The notes under the pieces are model-generated. The model made no database searches and was not told where the DNA came from. It was given only the letters and a program-made list of their open reading frames with translations. A stretch of DNA of 64,000 nt, taken from the NCBI GenBank assembly GCA_016219875.1, contig JACRJZ010000150.1, forward strand, positions 870-64,869, given 5' to 3'. Both the position numbers and the translations under genes were made by a program. The stretch is from Verrucomicrobiota bacterium. Lineage in GTDB: Bacteria > Verrucomicrobiota > Verrucomicrobiia > Limisphaerales > JACRJZ01. How positions within the stretch are numbered: the first letter of the stretch is position 1; every line of letters starts with the position of its first letter. This document shows, one piece after another, positions 18,726-29,858 of this stretch.

Positions 18726-19373
18726 ATGGAACATCGGAAAGCAGTCATTTTTGACATGGACGGCGTGATCGTGGACAGCGAACCGCACCACAAACAGGCG
18801 TTCTACGACACCATCCGCGAGATCGGCTATGAGGGCCTCGGCGGGTTGCGGTTCGAGGACTACGTGGGCCGGTCGGACTACGAGTTGTGGGTGGACTTCG
18901 TGGCCAAGAACCAGCCGCCCCAGACGATGGAGGAGCTTCTTGCCCGCAAACGCCAGCGGATCATCGAGGTCATGCGCGAGGTGCAGCCCATCTTCGAGGG
19001 ACTGCCCGATCTCGTGGCCAAACTGGCCGAGCAGTGTCCTCTGGCCATCGCTTCCGGCTCTGAACATGTCGTGATCGAAGCCGTGCTCGCCCTCAAAGGG
19101 CTGCGGCGCTTCTTCTCCGTGGTCGTCAGCTCCGCCGACGTGCAGCGCGGCAAGCCGGCCCCGGACATCTTTCTGCGGGCGGCGGAAATGCTCGGTGTGG
19201 AACCGCGGTGCTGCTGGGTGATCGAGGATTCCAAGCCAGGCGTGCTGGCGGCGCTCGCCGCCGGTATGAAGGTGGTCGCCATCACGAACACCCACCCGGC
19301 GCACGAATTGCGCGAGGCCACCCGCGTGGTGCGGAACTACGAGGAAATCGAGCGGCTGTTGCTGGCGGCGTGA
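18726..19373 (+). CDS. HAD-IA family hydrolase (beta-phosphoglucomutase / phosphatase-like)
   Basis: AVIFDMDGVIVDSE motif I; SGS motif II region; GKPAPD and VIEDSKPGVLAALAAGM motifs III/IV. Confidence 0.8.
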   Translation: MEHRKAVIFDMDGVIVDSEPHHKQAFYDTIREIGYEGLGGLRFEDYVGRSDYELWVDFVAKNQPPQTMEELLARKRQRIIEVMREVQPIFEGLPDLVAKLAEQCPLAIASGSEHVVIEAVLALKGLRRFFSVVVSSADVQRGKPAPDIFLRAAEMLGVEPRCCWVIEDSKPGVLAALAAGMKVVAITNTHPAHELREATRVVRNYEEIERLLLAA

Positions 19374-19394
19374 GTGCGGGCGGCCGGTTGTGGC

Positions 19395-19500
19395 GCCAAA
19401 GAGGTTGAAGGGTTAAAGAGTTGAAGCGTTGAAGAGGCTTCATAGGATGGCTTCAACCCCAATGCCAGAGCCTCTTCAACCCTTCAACCCTTAAACCGCT
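19395..19500. repeat. extended imperfect hairpin built from GTTGAAG/CTTCAAC units, between the HAD gene and comM
   Basis: GAGGTTGAAGGGTTAAAGAGTTGAAGCGTTGAAGAGGCTTCAT...GGCTTCAACCCCAATGCCAGAGCCTCTTCAACCCTTCAACCCTTAAACC. Nested inverted repeats with no T-run. Confidence 0.4.
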
Positions 19501-19594
19501 CACCCCCCGGTCAGAACCGCAGGCCAACCGCCTCCGGCGAAGGAGCGTCAAAAACCGCATTGCGCCACGATGCCGCCTTCGGCAAACTCCGGCC

Positions 19595-21121
19595 ATGTTA
19601 GCAAAGGTCTGCTCAGCGGCGGTCAACGGCATCGAAGCGTTTCCGGTCGAGGTGGAAGTGAACGCCGGCTGGGGCGATACTCTCATTGTCATCGTCGGCC
19701 TGCCCGACGCCGCCGTGAAGGAATCCCGCGACCGCGTGAGCACGGCCCTGAGCAACTCCGGCTTCAAGTTCCCGATGGGCCGCACCACCATCAACCTGGC
19801 GCCCGCCGACGTGAAAAAGGAAGGCCCCAGCTTCGACCTTCCCATCGCCCTCGGCATCATCGCCGCCTCGGAACAACTCGAAACCGACCAGCTCGACAAC
19901 TTTGTCACCGTGGGCGAACTGGCCCTGACCGGCGCCGTCCGTCCCGTGAAAGGCGTGCTGCCCGTGGCGTTGCGCGCCAAGGCCGAAGGCAAAGTGGGCG
20001 TGCTCGTCCCAGCGGACAACGCCGCTGAAGCCGCGGTCGTGGACGGCTTGCAGGTGATCCCCATCCAGAACTTGCGCGAAGCCGCCCAGTTCCTCGAAGG
20101 CGAAATTCGGATCGCGCCGACGAAAGTGGACCTCCGCGCCGTGTTCGAGCAAACGTGGAATGAGGAACTCGACTTCGCCGATGTGAAAGGGCAGGAGTCG
20201 GTGAAGCGTGCCCTGGAAATCGCCGCAGCCGGCGGGCACAACGCCATTCTGCTGGGCAGTCCCGGCACGGGCAAATCCATGCTTGCCAAGCGGCTGCCGA
20301 CCATTCTGCCGCCGCTGACCCTGGACGAAGCCCTGGAGACGACGAAAATCCACAGCATCGTCGGCCTGCTGGCCGCGGGCCAGGCGCTGGTAACGCGCCG
20401 TCCGTTCCGCTCGCCGCACCACACCGCCAGCGATGCGGGTTTGTTGGGCGGAAACATCAATCCCACGCCCGGCGAAATCTCCCTGGCCCACCACGGCGTG
20501 CTGTTCCTGGACGAATTGCCGGAGTTCAAGCGGAGCGTGCTGGAAACGCTTCGCCAGCCGCTCGAAGAAGGCCGCGTCACCATTTCGCGCGCGGCGGGGA
20601 CGATGACTTTTCCCTCGGAGTTCATGCTCATCGCCGCGATGAACCCGACGCCCGACGGCAAGATGCCCGGCGAATCACGATGCTCGCCGCGCGAAATCCA
20701 GAACTACCTCGGCCGCATCTCCGGCCCGTTGCTGGACCGCATCGACCTGCACGTGGAAGTGCCGGCGGTGAAGTTCCGGGAGATTTCCGCCGAGCGCACC
20801 GGCGAAACCTCGGCACAGATTCGCGAGCGCGTCGTGGCCGCGCGGCGACGACAGCAGGAGCGGTTCAAGGAGCGGGCCAAAGTGACGTGCAACGCGCGGA
20901 TGGGCACCCGCGAACTGAAGCAGCATTGCGAACTGGACGAGACGGCCAAAGGGCTGATTCAGTTTGCGATGACAGACCTGAACTTGAGCGCCCGCGCCTA
21001 CGACCGCATCCTCAAAGTCGCCCGGACCATCGCCGACTTGACCGGCTCGGAGCGCATTGTCCCCGATCACGTTTCGGAAGCGATCCAGTACCGCTCGCTG
21101 GACCGGCAGATTTGGGGCTGA
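19595..21121 (+). CDS. comM: YifB/ComM family Mg-chelatase-like AAA+ ATPase
   Basis: N-terminus [22 protein letters not shown] is typical. Walker [12 protein letters not shown]; FLDELPEF; C-terminal ComM domain. Confidence 0.85.
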   Translation: MLAKVCSAAVNGIEAFPVEVEVNAGWGDTLIVIVGLPDAAVKESRDRVSTALSNSGFKFPMGRTTINLAPADVKKEGPSFDLPIALGIIAASEQLETDQLDNFVTVGELALTGAVRPVKGVLPVALRAKAEGKVGVLVPADNAAEAAVVDGLQVIPIQNLREAAQFLEGEIRIAPTKVDLRAVFEQTWNEELDFADVKGQESVKRALEIAAAGGHNAILLGSPGTGKSMLAKRLPTILPPLTLDEALETTKIHSIVGLLAAGQALVTRRPFRSPHHTASDAGLLGGNINPTPGEISLAHHGVLFLDELPEFKRSVLETLRQPLEEGRVTISRAAGTMTFPSEFMLIAAMNPTPDGKMPGESRCSPREIQNYLGRISGPLLDRIDLHVEVPAVKFREISAERTGETSAQIRERVVAARRRQQERFKERAKVTCNARMGTRELKQHCELDETAKGLIQFAMTDLNLSARAYDRILKVARTIADLTGSERIVPDHVSEAIQYRSLDRQIWG

Positions 21122-21186
21122 GGGCCGCGCGCCGGGATTGGACCGATCCGACGGATCAAGCCGGGATCACCCGACCAAGGCGCTCC

Positions 21187-23541
21187 TCACTCCGCCTTCT
21201 CGAACGGCACCGTGAACCAGAAGGTCGAGCCTTGACCGACGGTGCTGTCCACGCCGATGCGCCCGCCGAAGCGGTCAATGAGGAGTTTCGAGATCGCCAA
21301 GCCCAAGCCCAGACCGCCGTGGCGCCGGCTGTGCGAACCGTCCACTTGCGTGAAGGAGTCGAAGAGCCGCTGCTGGGCTTCGATCGGAATACCGATGCCG
21401 GAGTCGATAACACTGAAGCGCAGCATGACCTGGTTTCCGTTCTCCGACTCGCGCACCACGCCCACGCCGATCTCGCCGCTCTCGGTGAACTTGATGGCGT
21501 TGTCGAGCAGATGATGCAGGACCTGCCGCACGGCGTCGGGCTGGCCGCGCAGTCGCGCGGGCAGCGCCTCCGGCAGCAGCGTCTGGAACTTCAACTGCGC
21601 GTTCTGACAGCGGGCGCGCGTTTCAGCGAGGCTCGTCGTCACGAGTTCCTGGACGCTGAAGACGCTGGCCTGCGCCACCGAGTCGCCGGATTCGATGGCG
21701 ATGAAGTCGAGAATGCGGTTGATGGAACTCAGAAGGCTCTCGGCACTGGTCTGAAGGGTTTGGAGATAATCCTGTTGTTCGGGATCGAGATCGGTTTGCT
21801 GCAGGATGTTTGTCATGCCCAGCACGCCGTTGAGCGGGGTGCGCAACTCGTGGCTGACGGTGGCCAGGAAGTCGCCCTTGGCCCGATTGGCGGCTTCGGC
21901 GGCTTCTTTGGCCTGGATCAGTTCCATGTTTTTCACCACCAGGGCGGCGCTCTGTTCCTCGAGAAGTTTGTTGGCGCGGCGCAACTCTTCGTAGAGCCGG
22001 AACTTGCTGATGACCACGCCGGCGCGTCCCGCCAGCGTGCTGAGGTAATCGAGATCGTCCGGCTTGAACTGGCGGGGCTGGTCCTCCACCGCAAACAGCG
22101 CCCCCAGCAGCTTCCCCTGATCCAGTAACGGCTGGGCGACGTAAGCGCCGACGGGGCTTTCCGGTTGGCTGACGTGAAACGGGTCGTCTTGGGCCGCGTT
22201 GGAGGAGACGAACGACTCGCAGTGCTCCGTCATCCACTCGAGGATCGCGGAAAACTGCGTCGCCGGAGACAGCCCGCGCGCGACGGCCACCGAAGAAAAC
22301 TCCGACGCGGCCACGACCACGCCTTCGTCGCTGCACAGCAGCAGGCAGGCGCCGGTTTTCGCTGGCAGATGACGCGCGGCGGCTTGGGTGATGCGCTGCA
22401 ACACGGCCGTGAGGTCTTCCTGCTGGTCGATGTTGAACTCGATCTCGGCGATGGCGGTCTGGCGGCGGTATTGGCGTTCGAGGCGCTCCTGCTCGGCCAG
22501 CAGAGCCGCGGCGGCGCGCTGGCGCTCGGTCATGTCGCGGAAGGCCGTCACCATGGCCCGGCGGCCTTTGTAGGGAAGCTCTTTGCTGAACAACTCCAGC
22601 GGCAGTTCCGACTTGTCCGCGCGGCGGATCACCGCTTCAAACGGCCGGTAGTTCCCCAGCAGGATGCTGTCTTCGACCAGGCTGCGCGAACTCAGGGTGA
22701 ACCAGTCGAGCAAGTTCTTGCCGGCCAGTTCGGAGGCCGGGCAACCGACCATTTTGCCGAGCGTGGGGTTGGCTTCGATGATGACGCCTTTCTCGTGGAT
22801 CGCGATGCCCTCGAACGTGGCCTCGTACCAGCGTTGGAATTTCTCCTCCGTGTCCTCGTCCAACGGCGGGGGCGGCGGCGGTGGCTCTGGAGACGGCTCC
22901 ATGTTGGAGCGGCGTCCGGTGAGGAGGTGCCGCAAGGTCAGCCGCTGCAGCCGTTGCACCACAAAGGCCAAGGCGGCGGCCCCGGCCAGCCCCCAAGCGA
23001 AGGAATGCCACGCGGGCGAAAAGCCGGCGCCCCAGGCCAAGAAAAACCAGCCGCTCAAGCCCACCGCCACGACCACCGCCAGCCACGTCAGCGAAAACAG
23101 GAAGTAGCCGGCGCAGATCAAGGCCAGCGCCAGCGGCAGGGTTTTCTCCGGGGCGTTGCCCGTGGAGAACCACGCCAAGCAATTCAGCACCACGAGCGTG
23201 GCCACCAGCGCGCCCAGCGGGTCCGCCCAACGCAACGGCAGCCGCGGCAGCAGCAGCCGAAGCACGAGGAAGAAGAGGCCGCTGACCAGCGCGATCACCG
23301 GCGCCGAGAGGGCCGCCCAATGGGAGCCGGACGCGTCCTCCGTGAAGACGAACGGCAGCCGGCTGAGGCTCGGCAGGTAGGCCGCCGCGGCGGTCAAATG
23401 CAGCACGCCGAGCGCGGTGACGACCGCATGCAAGTGATCCCGGCCCAGCATTTCCAGGGACGGGGCCGGCGGCACTTGGGACGCCGCCGTCCGGATCGGG
23501 TCGCGCCGCGGCTCGTTCAGGAATTTGAAGTGCGACGTCAC
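21187..23541 (-). CDS. sensor histidine kinase (membrane N-terminus, PAS and GAF-like regions, HisKA + HATPase_c; no receiver)
   Basis: H-box [17 protein letters not shown]. ATPase G-boxes DSGIGIP and [15 protein letters not shown]...GQGSTFWF. Hydrophobic segments at the N-terminus. Start codon uncertain. Confidence 0.75.
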   Translation of the reverse strand: MTSHFKFLNEPRRDPIRTAASQVPPAPSLEMLGRDHLHAVVTALGVLHLTAAAAYLPSLSRLPFVFTEDASGSHWAALSAPVIALVSGLFFLVLRLLLPRLPLRWADPLGALVATLVVLNCLAWFSTGNAPEKTLPLALALICAGYFLFSLTWLAVVVAVGLSGWFFLAWGAGFSPAWHSFAWGLAGAAALAFVVQRLQRLTLRHLLTGRRSNMEPSPEPPPPPPPLDEDTEEKFQRWYEATFEGIAIHEKGVIIEANPTLGKMVGCPASELAGKNLLDWFTLSSRSLVEDSILLGNYRPFEAVIRRADKSELPLELFSKELPYKGRRAMVTAFRDMTERQRAAAALLAEQERLERQYRRQTAIAEIEFNIDQQEDLTAVLQRITQAAARHLPAKTGACLLLCSDEGVVVAASEFSSVAVARGLSPATQFSAILEWMTEHCESFVSSNAAQDDPFHVSQPESPVGAYVAQPLLDQGKLLGALFAVEDQPRQFKPDDLDYLSTLAGRAGVVISKFRLYEELRRANKLLEEQSAALVVKNMELIQAKEAAEAANRAKGDFLATVSHELRTPLNGVLGMTNILQQTDLDPEQQDYLQTLQTSAESLLSSINRILDFIAIESGDSVAQASVFSVQELVTTSLAETRARCQNAQLKFQTLLPEALPARLRGQPDAVRQVLHHLLDNAIKFTESGEIGVGVVRESENGNQVMLRFSVIDSGIGIPIEAQQRLFDSFTQVDGSHSRRHGGLGLGLAISKLLIDRFGGRIGVDSTVGQGSTFWFTVPFEKAE

Positions 23542-23545
23542 GGCG

Positions 23546-24793
23546 TCAGCCGGCGGACTTGCGGCCCTTCAGCAGGCGGCCCCGCAGCGCGAAGGTGAGG
23601 GCCTTCACCGTGACTTCGATGAAGAGAAACGGTTTGGCGATGAGATCGTTGCCGCCGCTCAGCGTGGACTGGGCGCGGGAGGAGAAATCCGTGTGGCTGG
23701 TGACAAAGACCACCGGCGTCGCCCGGTTGGTGTCGGTGGCGCGAATTTTGGAGCAGAGGGTGAAGCCGTCCATGCCGGGCATCTGCACGTCCAGGAAGAT
23801 CACGTCGAACGACCGCTGGGCCGCCAGGGCCAGGGCCGCGTCCGCGCAGTCCGCGTTCTCCGGCCGGTCGAACGCTTTCTGCAGCGCGAACGTCAAGGCC
23901 CGGCGCGCCAGCATGTCGTCGTCCACGACCAGAATGCCGACCGGCGGCACGTCGGCCAAGTCCGGGTTGAGGCCCGGCGCACAGAGGTCCTTGAGCAAGT
24001 CCAGCGCGGTGGCGGCGGTGCGCAGCGTGGAGGGCGTGACCGTCTTGGGCTTTTCGCAGAGTTCCTTGATCAGCGCTTCCAAGGCGGAAGCGACGCGGGC
24101 CGCGGGTTTCATTCCCGCCAAGCCCGCCTTGCTCGTCAGCGCATGGACTTGCCGGTAGAAGTTGTCCAGCGCCGTCGTGCGCGCGGCTTCGTCCTGCGTT
24201 TTGCTGACCTCCTGAAACAACTTGCGCAAGGCTTGCAGATGTTCCGGCGCATGATCGAAAAACGCCTTGGCCGCGTCCACTTCGGCCGGCGCGCTCTTCT
24301 GCCGAAGCAAGTCCTTCAGTTGCGCATTGGTGACGGCCGCAGGCGTCGGCGCCGGGCCGGGACTCGGAGCGGGGGCGGTCGGCGCGGGTGCGGGCGGAGA
24401 CGCGGGAGCGGCGGGGGCGGCGCTCTTTTTTCCCAGGGCCGTGGCCAGGGCGTCGGCCACTTGCCGCGGCGTGAGCGTGCCTTTGTCCAGCACGGTGGTG
24501 GCCCCGGCGGCAATCGCCTCGCCGACCATCGTGGACACGTAGGCGTTGGTGAAGACGACGATGGGCAGCGTCTTGAACGAGACTTGGGCGCGGATCTTCT
24601 TGAGCAACTCGACGCCGTTCATCTTGGGCAGCATCAAGTCGAGCAGGACCGCGTCCGGCTGGGTGTCGTGGATGCCGTAATAGCCGCTTTGTCCGTCCGC
24701 GAACACCTGGACCGCGTAACCCTCCTTCTCGAGCCGGCTGCGGTAGATGTGGGCGACGATCGGGTCGTCTTCGATGATCAACAACTTTTTCAT
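23546..24793 (-). CDS. response-regulator-type protein with two receiver domains separated by an Hpt-like helical region (REC-Hpt-REC)
   Basis: REC1 [10 protein letters not shown]...LLDLMLP...VFTNAY. Pro/Ala-rich linker. Hpt-like [20 protein letters not shown]2 ILVVDDDML...[11 protein letters not shown]...FVTS...IAKPF. Paralogous to residues ~40-450 of the downstream giant protein. Confidence 0.75.
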   Translation of the reverse strand: MKKLLIIEDDPIVAHIYRSRLEKEGYAVQVFADGQSGYYGIHDTQPDAVLLDLMLPKMNGVELLKKIRAQVSFKTLPIVVFTNAYVSTMVGEAIAAGATTVLDKGTLTPRQVADALATALGKKSAAPAAPASPPAPAPTAPAPSPGPAPTPAAVTNAQLKDLLRQKSAPAEVDAAKAFFDHAPEHLQALRKLFQEVSKTQDEAARTTALDNFYRQVHALTSKAGLAGMKPAARVASALEALIKELCEKPKTVTPSTLRTAATALDLLKDLCAPGLNPDLADVPPVGILVVDDDMLARRALTFALQKAFDRPENADCADAALALAAQRSFDVIFLDVQMPGMDGFTLCSKIRATDTNRATPVVFVTSHTDFSSRAQSTLSGGNDLIAKPFLFIEVTVKALTFALRGRLLKGRKSAG

Positions 24794-25070
24794 CTTGCGT
24801 TACGCAATGGAGAGTGGCGGGGGCGGGTCGGGCACGGCGAGACTGGGCCGGTGGCGGGCCGCCAACGCGGCGGCGCGGAGCCTCGCCAGCACAAGCCAGC
24901 CGTTGGAGCGGGGCTGGGCGGCGCGCTGGTCCGGAGCCGATGGCCGCGGAGGATGAAACCCGTCCGGGATCGGAATGGCCGCAACGCCGGCCCCGACGCG
25001 AACCGGCGATGGGGGCCGCGGCGTCTCGTGCTGGGGGTTGGCGGGGCTGGGCCTCATGGATCGTAAGCGG

Positions 25071-28000
25071 TCAGTCCGCCGGGCACGCCGAGGCGACCGG
25101 TTCGTGGTCCGTGGAAGCGGACGGCGCAGGCGTGACGGTGATCACGTTGGCCGGAGTGCCGCCCGACGGGTCAGTGGCCGGCGAGTTGGCCGCGCCTCCT
25201 TCGGCTTCGGAAGCGGCGTTGGTGCGCAGGGCCGCCACGACCGCGTGGAGGGGCGTGGCCAACTTGGTGCGGAATTCCTCGGCCATCTGCGTGGTGCGCC
25301 GGGCGGCCAGGCGGACTTCCTCGTGGGCTTTGGCCAGAACGGTCTCGGCCTCTTCGCGCCGCGCGGCGGCGGATTGGAGTTCCGTCAGGAACTGCGCGAT
25401 GTCGCCGGACGCCGACTGGAGCACGGAATGGAGGTGAGTGCGGACTTCCTGCAAGGCTTTCTCCAGGATTTCCCGCTGGGTCAACTCCTTCTTGACACGT
25501 TCGTTGGCCCGGTCGAGCGCCTGCTGGGATTGCTGGAAGAGCTGTTCCCACTCGTCGCGCTGGCGGCGCAACTCGGACGCGGACTTCTGCTGCAAGGCCG
25601 CGCGCTGGGCTTCGGCCTGGGCCGCCTGCACATCCGCGGCGGCGCGGGCCAACATGCGGCCCTGTTCGTCGAAGCGCGCTTGCAGCGTTTGGTTGGCCAG
25701 CAAGAGCGCCCGTTCCGCATCGCGGCGACGGGCCAAGTCCTTCTCGGCGGCCGTCAAGCGCCGCGTGGCTTCCGCCAGTCCCTGCTCCAACTCCTCGGTC
25801 CTGACGCGCGCGAACGAAGATTGTTCGTGGTCGGTCAGGAGCGAATGCAGTCGGGCTTCGGTTTGGGCGAGGGCCACGGCGTTCTGGTCGAAACTCGTGC
25901 GCAGGGCCTCCTGTTCCTTGCGCAAGGCGGTGGCCGCTTCCTGGCTCTCGGCCAAATCCTTCACAAGTTGGTCGTGACTCGCGGACACGTCGGCGAGACG
26001 GTCTTCGAGTTGGCGCCGGCGGGCGGTTTCCTCTTCCAGGTGGGCCTTGGCCGACAACAATTCCTCCGTCACGCCCTCCGATTTCGCCGAGGCCGTCATC
26101 TGCTCTTGGGCGTCGGCCACGGCCTTGGCTAGAGCGGCCTGGGTTTCGTGAAGTTGCCGTTCCAGGGTGGCGCGCTGCTCGACCAAGGCGGCGGCGGACT
26201 GATCGCGCTGGGCCAGTTGGTCGCTCAAGCCGGCGTGTTGGCGGGCCAGTTCTCCCGCCTCGGCCTGAACCTGCTCTCTCTGCTGGCGGGCTTGCTCCAA
26301 CTCCGACTGGCTCTGGGCCAGCTCTCCGGCCAGCGTCTGAAGTTTCTGCCCCAAGTCGGCCTGGGTTTCGTGGAGTTGCCGTTCCAAGGTGGCGCGCTGC
26401 TCGGCCAAGGCGGCGGCGGACTGATCGCGCTGGGCCAGTTGGTCGTTCAAGCCGGCGTTTTGGCGGGCCAGTTCTCCCGCCTCGGTCTGGACCTGCTCTC
26501 GCTGCTGGCGGGCCTGCTCCAACTCCGACTGGCTCTGGGCCAGCTCTCCGGCCAGCGTCTGAAGTTTCTGCCCCAAGTCGGCCTCGGTCCGCGTGATCGC
26601 TTCGAGTTGCGTGAGCCGCTCCTGAAGAGTGGCGTTCGTCTGGAGCAACTCCGTGTTGGCCTGCTGGAGCGACTCCGCCTCCCGCGCGCGGGTGGCGAGT
26701 TCGTCGCGGGTCTGCTGTTGCTGACGCAAATTTTGCTCCAGTTCGCCCTTGTTGCGGGCCAGACTTTCCGAAAGCGACCGGCACTCGCGTTCCAGTTCCG
26801 CGCGGGCCTCACTCAGCTTCTCGCTGTCCGACATCCGGCTCGCGAACGCCGTGTTGGCCTGGGCCAGTTCGGCGTTGGTCTTTTTCAAGCCGTCCGCTTC
26901 CCGAGTCAGCGCGTCGAGTTCATCCCAAAGCTGTTTCTGCTGCGTCTGACTCTGTTCCAACTCGGAGCGTTGGCGGGCGGATTCCGCGGCCATCGACTCC
27001 AGCTTCTGCTCCAGTTCGCCGCGGCCCTGAGTGGCGCTTTGGGCCTGTTCTTGCAGGGCGCAGTTGGTGCGGGCGAGTTCGGCGTTGTCGAGCCGGAGCA
27101 GTTCCGCCTCGCGGGCCAAGCCGTTGAGCTTCTCGCGGAGTTGTTGTTGCTGCTGCTGGTTCTGCTCCGTTTCCGTGCGGTTGCGGGCGAGGTCGGCGGC
27201 CAGAGATTGGACCTGCTGTTCGAGGCGGGCCGCGGTCTGGGCGCCTTGCTGCGCTTGGGCAAGCTGCTCCTTCAGCGCCGCGTTGGCGGTCGTGAGATCG
27301 CCGGCGTCGCGCGTGAGGGCCGCAAGCTGGGCCTGGAGCCGCTGCTGTTCAAGTTGGTTTTGTTGCAGCGCGGAGGCCGCCTCTTGGAGTGCGGCCGCTT
27401 CCTGGCCCATCTGGTCCCGCTGGGCGTTGGCACGGTTCAAGTCGGCGCGCGTCTGGACCAGTTCGCCGGTCACGGATTCGATGCGGCGGGCCAGTTCCTC
27501 ATTGGAGCGCTGCAAGGCCATCACGGTTTCCTGCGGCTGCATGATCTGCTCCTGCATCCGGGTGTTCGTGGAGGACAAGAGGTCCAACTGCTGTTCGAGA
27601 TACTCGCGGCGCGTCAGGGTTTGCTGCAACTCCTCGCGCACGCGGGCGAGTTCCTGCTCCATCTGCGCCAGGCGTTCGGCTTGTTCGGGCGAAGTAGTTT
27701 CGGCGGGCGCGGGGCCGGATTCCTGTTGCGCGAGGCGCTTTTCAAAATCGGCGGCCACTTCCGAGAAATCGTTGGCAAGCTGTTCGGCCTGGGCGCGAAG
27801 GCTGGTTTCCTTTTCCAAGCTCGCCCGGAGTTGCGCCAGTTCGGACGTGAGCGCTTCGACCTGGCTGCGCCAAGCTTCCTCGTTCACGGCGGCGGATGGC
27901 GCTCCCGACGCGGGCGCGGCGGTGGCCGCAGACTGCAACGCGGCCGCGCGCTCTTCAGTTTCGGCGTGGGCGGCGAGCGCCTTGTCGAGTTCGGCCTGGG

Positions 28001-29858
28001 CTTCGGCGAGTTGCAGTTCGGCCCTCTGAAGGCGCTGCTCAAGGTCATACTGCGCGCGGCGCTGCCCTGCGCCGAGCCATTGGTCCAGACTGCGCACCAC
28101 GGCGGTGATGCGCTCGTACTTGCCGACCACGATTTTCTTCAGCACGACATTGGCGGGGAATTGGGAGCCGTCTTTGCGTCGGCCAATGATCCAACTGCCT
28201 TTGGCTTCGGAAGTGGCTTCCCCCAACGGCGGCGTCGGGCCGGTGCCCGAAGGCCAGCCGGTCGGCACCAGCGTTTCAATGGACAAGCCGGTCAGTTCCA
28301 TCGGCAAGTAGCCGAAGAGGCTGGCGGCGGTCGGATTGAGGGACTCGATCTTCCCCTCCTGGTCGAGCGTGATGATGCCAAACGTGGTGGGCGCGGTCGG
28401 TGCAGCAGCCTCCGCCGGTACGGCCGGCGATCCCATGGCCGGCTGGGCCGGCTCTGTCGGCGGCTCCATGCTCAGCCGCAGTGGGGCGGCGGGCGCCTCG
28501 CTCACGGCCGCGCTTTCGGGAGCCGGCTCCGGAGACGCCGCTGGTTCCGGCTGAATCTCCGGGGCGGCCGCGACTGGAAGCTCGCGCGACGCCGGCGGGG
28601 CGCCGAGCCGCGCCCTCATGCAGTGGACCATCGCCTTGACGGCCAGTTCCATGAAGATGAACGGCCTGGCAATCAGGTCGTCGTGGGCGCTGGGCAACGC
28701 GTGGAATTCCTTCTCGAACTCCTTCGCCGGGGCGACGTGGACCACGGGCGTTTCCGCCCGCTCCGGCAACGCGCGAATCGCGCTGCTCAGATCGGCCCGG
28801 CTTCGGTCGGACTTGGTAAAATCCACGATGAGCACGTCCGGCCGAGCTTCCCGCAGCCAGTTCAAGGCGGCCTCAGTGTCGCCGACCTGGACGACTTTGA
28901 ATCGGACCTGCTCCAGCGCCTTGGCCATGACCATGCGGCACAGCGGGTCGTCGTTGGCCACCAGCGCCTGGAACGGACCGGACTGGCAGCGATGTTCCGC
29001 TTCGGCGGCTTGCTCAAAAATCAACGCGAGCACGTCGATGGCCTGCGACACCGTCCGGCGGCTGGAGGAAGTCACCTGGACCGGTTTCTCGTGGAGTTCC
29101 TTGAGCAGCGCTTCCAGGGTGGCGCACTGCTGGGCCACGAGATTGAGTCCGGCACTGGCGGCGCTGCCGGTCATGGCGTGGACCTTGTGATACAGCTCCA
29201 GCAAACGGCCCAATTGCTCCGCGCCGGAGGGCATCTGGAGGAAGGCCAGCAATTCCTTGCGCGCGGCGGCAATCTTCTGGGGCATCTGGAAAACAAAGTA
29301 ACGCGCGGCCGGCGATTCAGCCTTGGGGCTGGACTCGCCCACCAACGCCGTGGCGCCTTCGCGGGCAGGCTCCTGCGACGCGGACGCGTCGGGCGAGGGC
29401 GTGCTTTCCAGACCCAGCCCTTTCTGCACGGAGGCGACGATGTCTCTGGGTGGAGTCACGGCCTTGTCGAAAACTTGATTGGCGCCACTGCGGGAGGCTT
29501 CCTCGCTCATCTCACTCAGAAACGCGTTGGTGAAAACGAACACCGGCAGGTGTTCCAGCGAGCCAGGTTGGGCGCGAACTTTCTTGAGCAGCTCCACGCC
29601 GCTGCCCTTCGGCAGAATCAGGTCCAGGAGAATGGCGTCCGGGCAACGCTTCTCAATCTTGGTCCACGCGGCGGCGCCGTCAGGCGCGGATTCCACCTCG
29701 AAGCCGGCCTCCTTGAAGTTGTTCATATAAACGAGCCGGACGACCGGATCGTCATCGACAATGAGGATGCGCTTCGGCCCACTGTTCGGCTGATCGAACC
29801 CTGATGCCACTTCGTCCACACCTGCTCCCGGTTGGGGAGCTGCAACCGTGTTATCCAT
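25071..29858 (-). CDS. giant (~1600 aa) REC-Hpt-REC(pseudo)-PAS-coiled-coil protein
   Basis: ATG (reverse) at 29856-29858 gives MDNTVAAPQ; alternative GTG at 29903. REC1 ILIVDDDPVV...LLDLILP...VFTNAF. Hpt-like YHKVHAMTGSAASAGL. Second receiver with NDD/ARPF substitutions. PAS FGIITLDQEGKIESLNP. About 900 aa of heptad-rich Q/E/A/L/R coiled coil including two near-identical 74-aa repeats. Confidence 0.7.
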   Translation of the reverse strand: MDNTVAAPQPGAGVDEVASGFDQPNSGPKRILIVDDDPVVRLVYMNNFKEAGFEVESAPDGAAAWTKIEKRCPDAILLDLILPKGSGVELLKKVRAQPGSLEHLPVFVFTNAFLSEMSEEASRSGANQVFDKAVTPPRDIVASVQKGLGLESTPSPDASASQEPAREGATALVGESSPKAESPAARYFVFQMPQKIAAARKELLAFLQMPSGAEQLGRLLELYHKVHAMTGSAASAGLNLVAQQCATLEALLKELHEKPVQVTSSSRRTVSQAIDVLALIFEQAAEAEHRCQSGPFQALVANDDPLCRMVMAKALEQVRFKVVQVGDTEAALNWLREARPDVLIVDFTKSDRSRADLSSAIRALPERAETPVVHVAPAKEFEKEFHALPSAHDDLIARPFIFMELAVKAMVHCMRARLGAPPASRELPVAAAPEIQPEPAASPEPAPESAAVSEAPAAPLRLSMEPPTEPAQPAMGSPAVPAEAAAPTAPTTFGIITLDQEGKIESLNPTAASLFGYLPMELTGLSIETLVPTGWPSGTGPTPPLGEATSEAKGSWIIGRRKDGSQFPANVVLKKIVVGKYERITAVVRSLDQWLGAGQRRAQYDLEQRLQRAELQLAEAQAELDKALAAHAETEERAAALQSAATAAPASGAPSAAVNEEAWRSQVEALTSELAQLRASLEKETSLRAQAEQLANDFSEVAADFEKRLAQQESGPAPAETTSPEQAERLAQMEQELARVREELQQTLTRREYLEQQLDLLSSTNTRMQEQIMQPQETVMALQRSNEELARRIESVTGELVQTRADLNRANAQRDQMGQEAAALQEAASALQQNQLEQQRLQAQLAALTRDAGDLTTANAALKEQLAQAQQGAQTAARLEQQVQSLAADLARNRTETEQNQQQQQQLREKLNGLAREAELLRLDNAELARTNCALQEQAQSATQGRGELEQKLESMAAESARQRSELEQSQTQQKQLWDELDALTREADGLKKTNAELAQANTAFASRMSDSEKLSEARAELERECRSLSESLARNKGELEQNLRQQQQTRDELATRAREAESLQQANTELLQTNATLQERLTQLEAITRTEADLGQKLQTLAGELAQSQSELEQARQQREQVQTEAGELARQNAGLNDQLAQRDQSAAALAEQRATLERQLHETQADLGQKLQTLAGELAQSQSELEQARQQREQVQAEAGELARQHAGLSDQLAQRDQSAAALVEQRATLERQLHETQAALAKAVADAQEQMTASAKSEGVTEELLSAKAHLEEETARRRQLEDRLADVSASHDQLVKDLAESQEAATALRKEQEALRTSFDQNAVALAQTEARLHSLLTDHEQSSFARVRTEELEQGLAEATRRLTAAEKDLARRRDAERALLLANQTLQARFDEQGRMLARAAADVQAAQAEAQRAALQQKSASELRRQRDEWEQLFQQSQQALDRANERVKKELTQREILEKALQEVRTHLHSVLQSASGDIAQFLTELQSAAARREEAETVLAKAHEEVRLAARRTTQMAEEFRTKLATPLHAVVAALRTNAASEAEGGAANSPATDPSGGTPANVITVTPAPSASTDHEPVASACPAD
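26141..26584. repeat. tandem duplication, 2 x 222 bp, near-identical, inside the coiled-coil coding region
   Basis: Unit 1 at 26141-26362, unit 2 at 26363-26584. A handful of mismatches give 4 aa differences between the 74-aa protein repeats ADLGQKLQTLAGELAQSQSELEQARQQREQVQ(T/A)EAGELARQ(N/H)AGL(N/S)DQLAQRDQSAAAL(A/V)EQRATLERQLHETQ. Confidence 0.85.

Noticed and set aside
26148-29804. 1218-aa plus-strand ORF, and similar long ORFs at 16223..18019(-), 34590..36998(-), 37010..39280(-), 46408..47868(-), 19453..20661(-) and 30135..31736(+)
   Set aside because: These are antisense shadows of well-supported genes (the coiled-coil protein, PLD, the trifunctional ORF, rho, lolD/Gfo, comM, ptsI). Their translations are low-complexity Arg/Gly/Ala/Leu-rich with no motifs. 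Long stop-free antisense frames are expected at this GC content.
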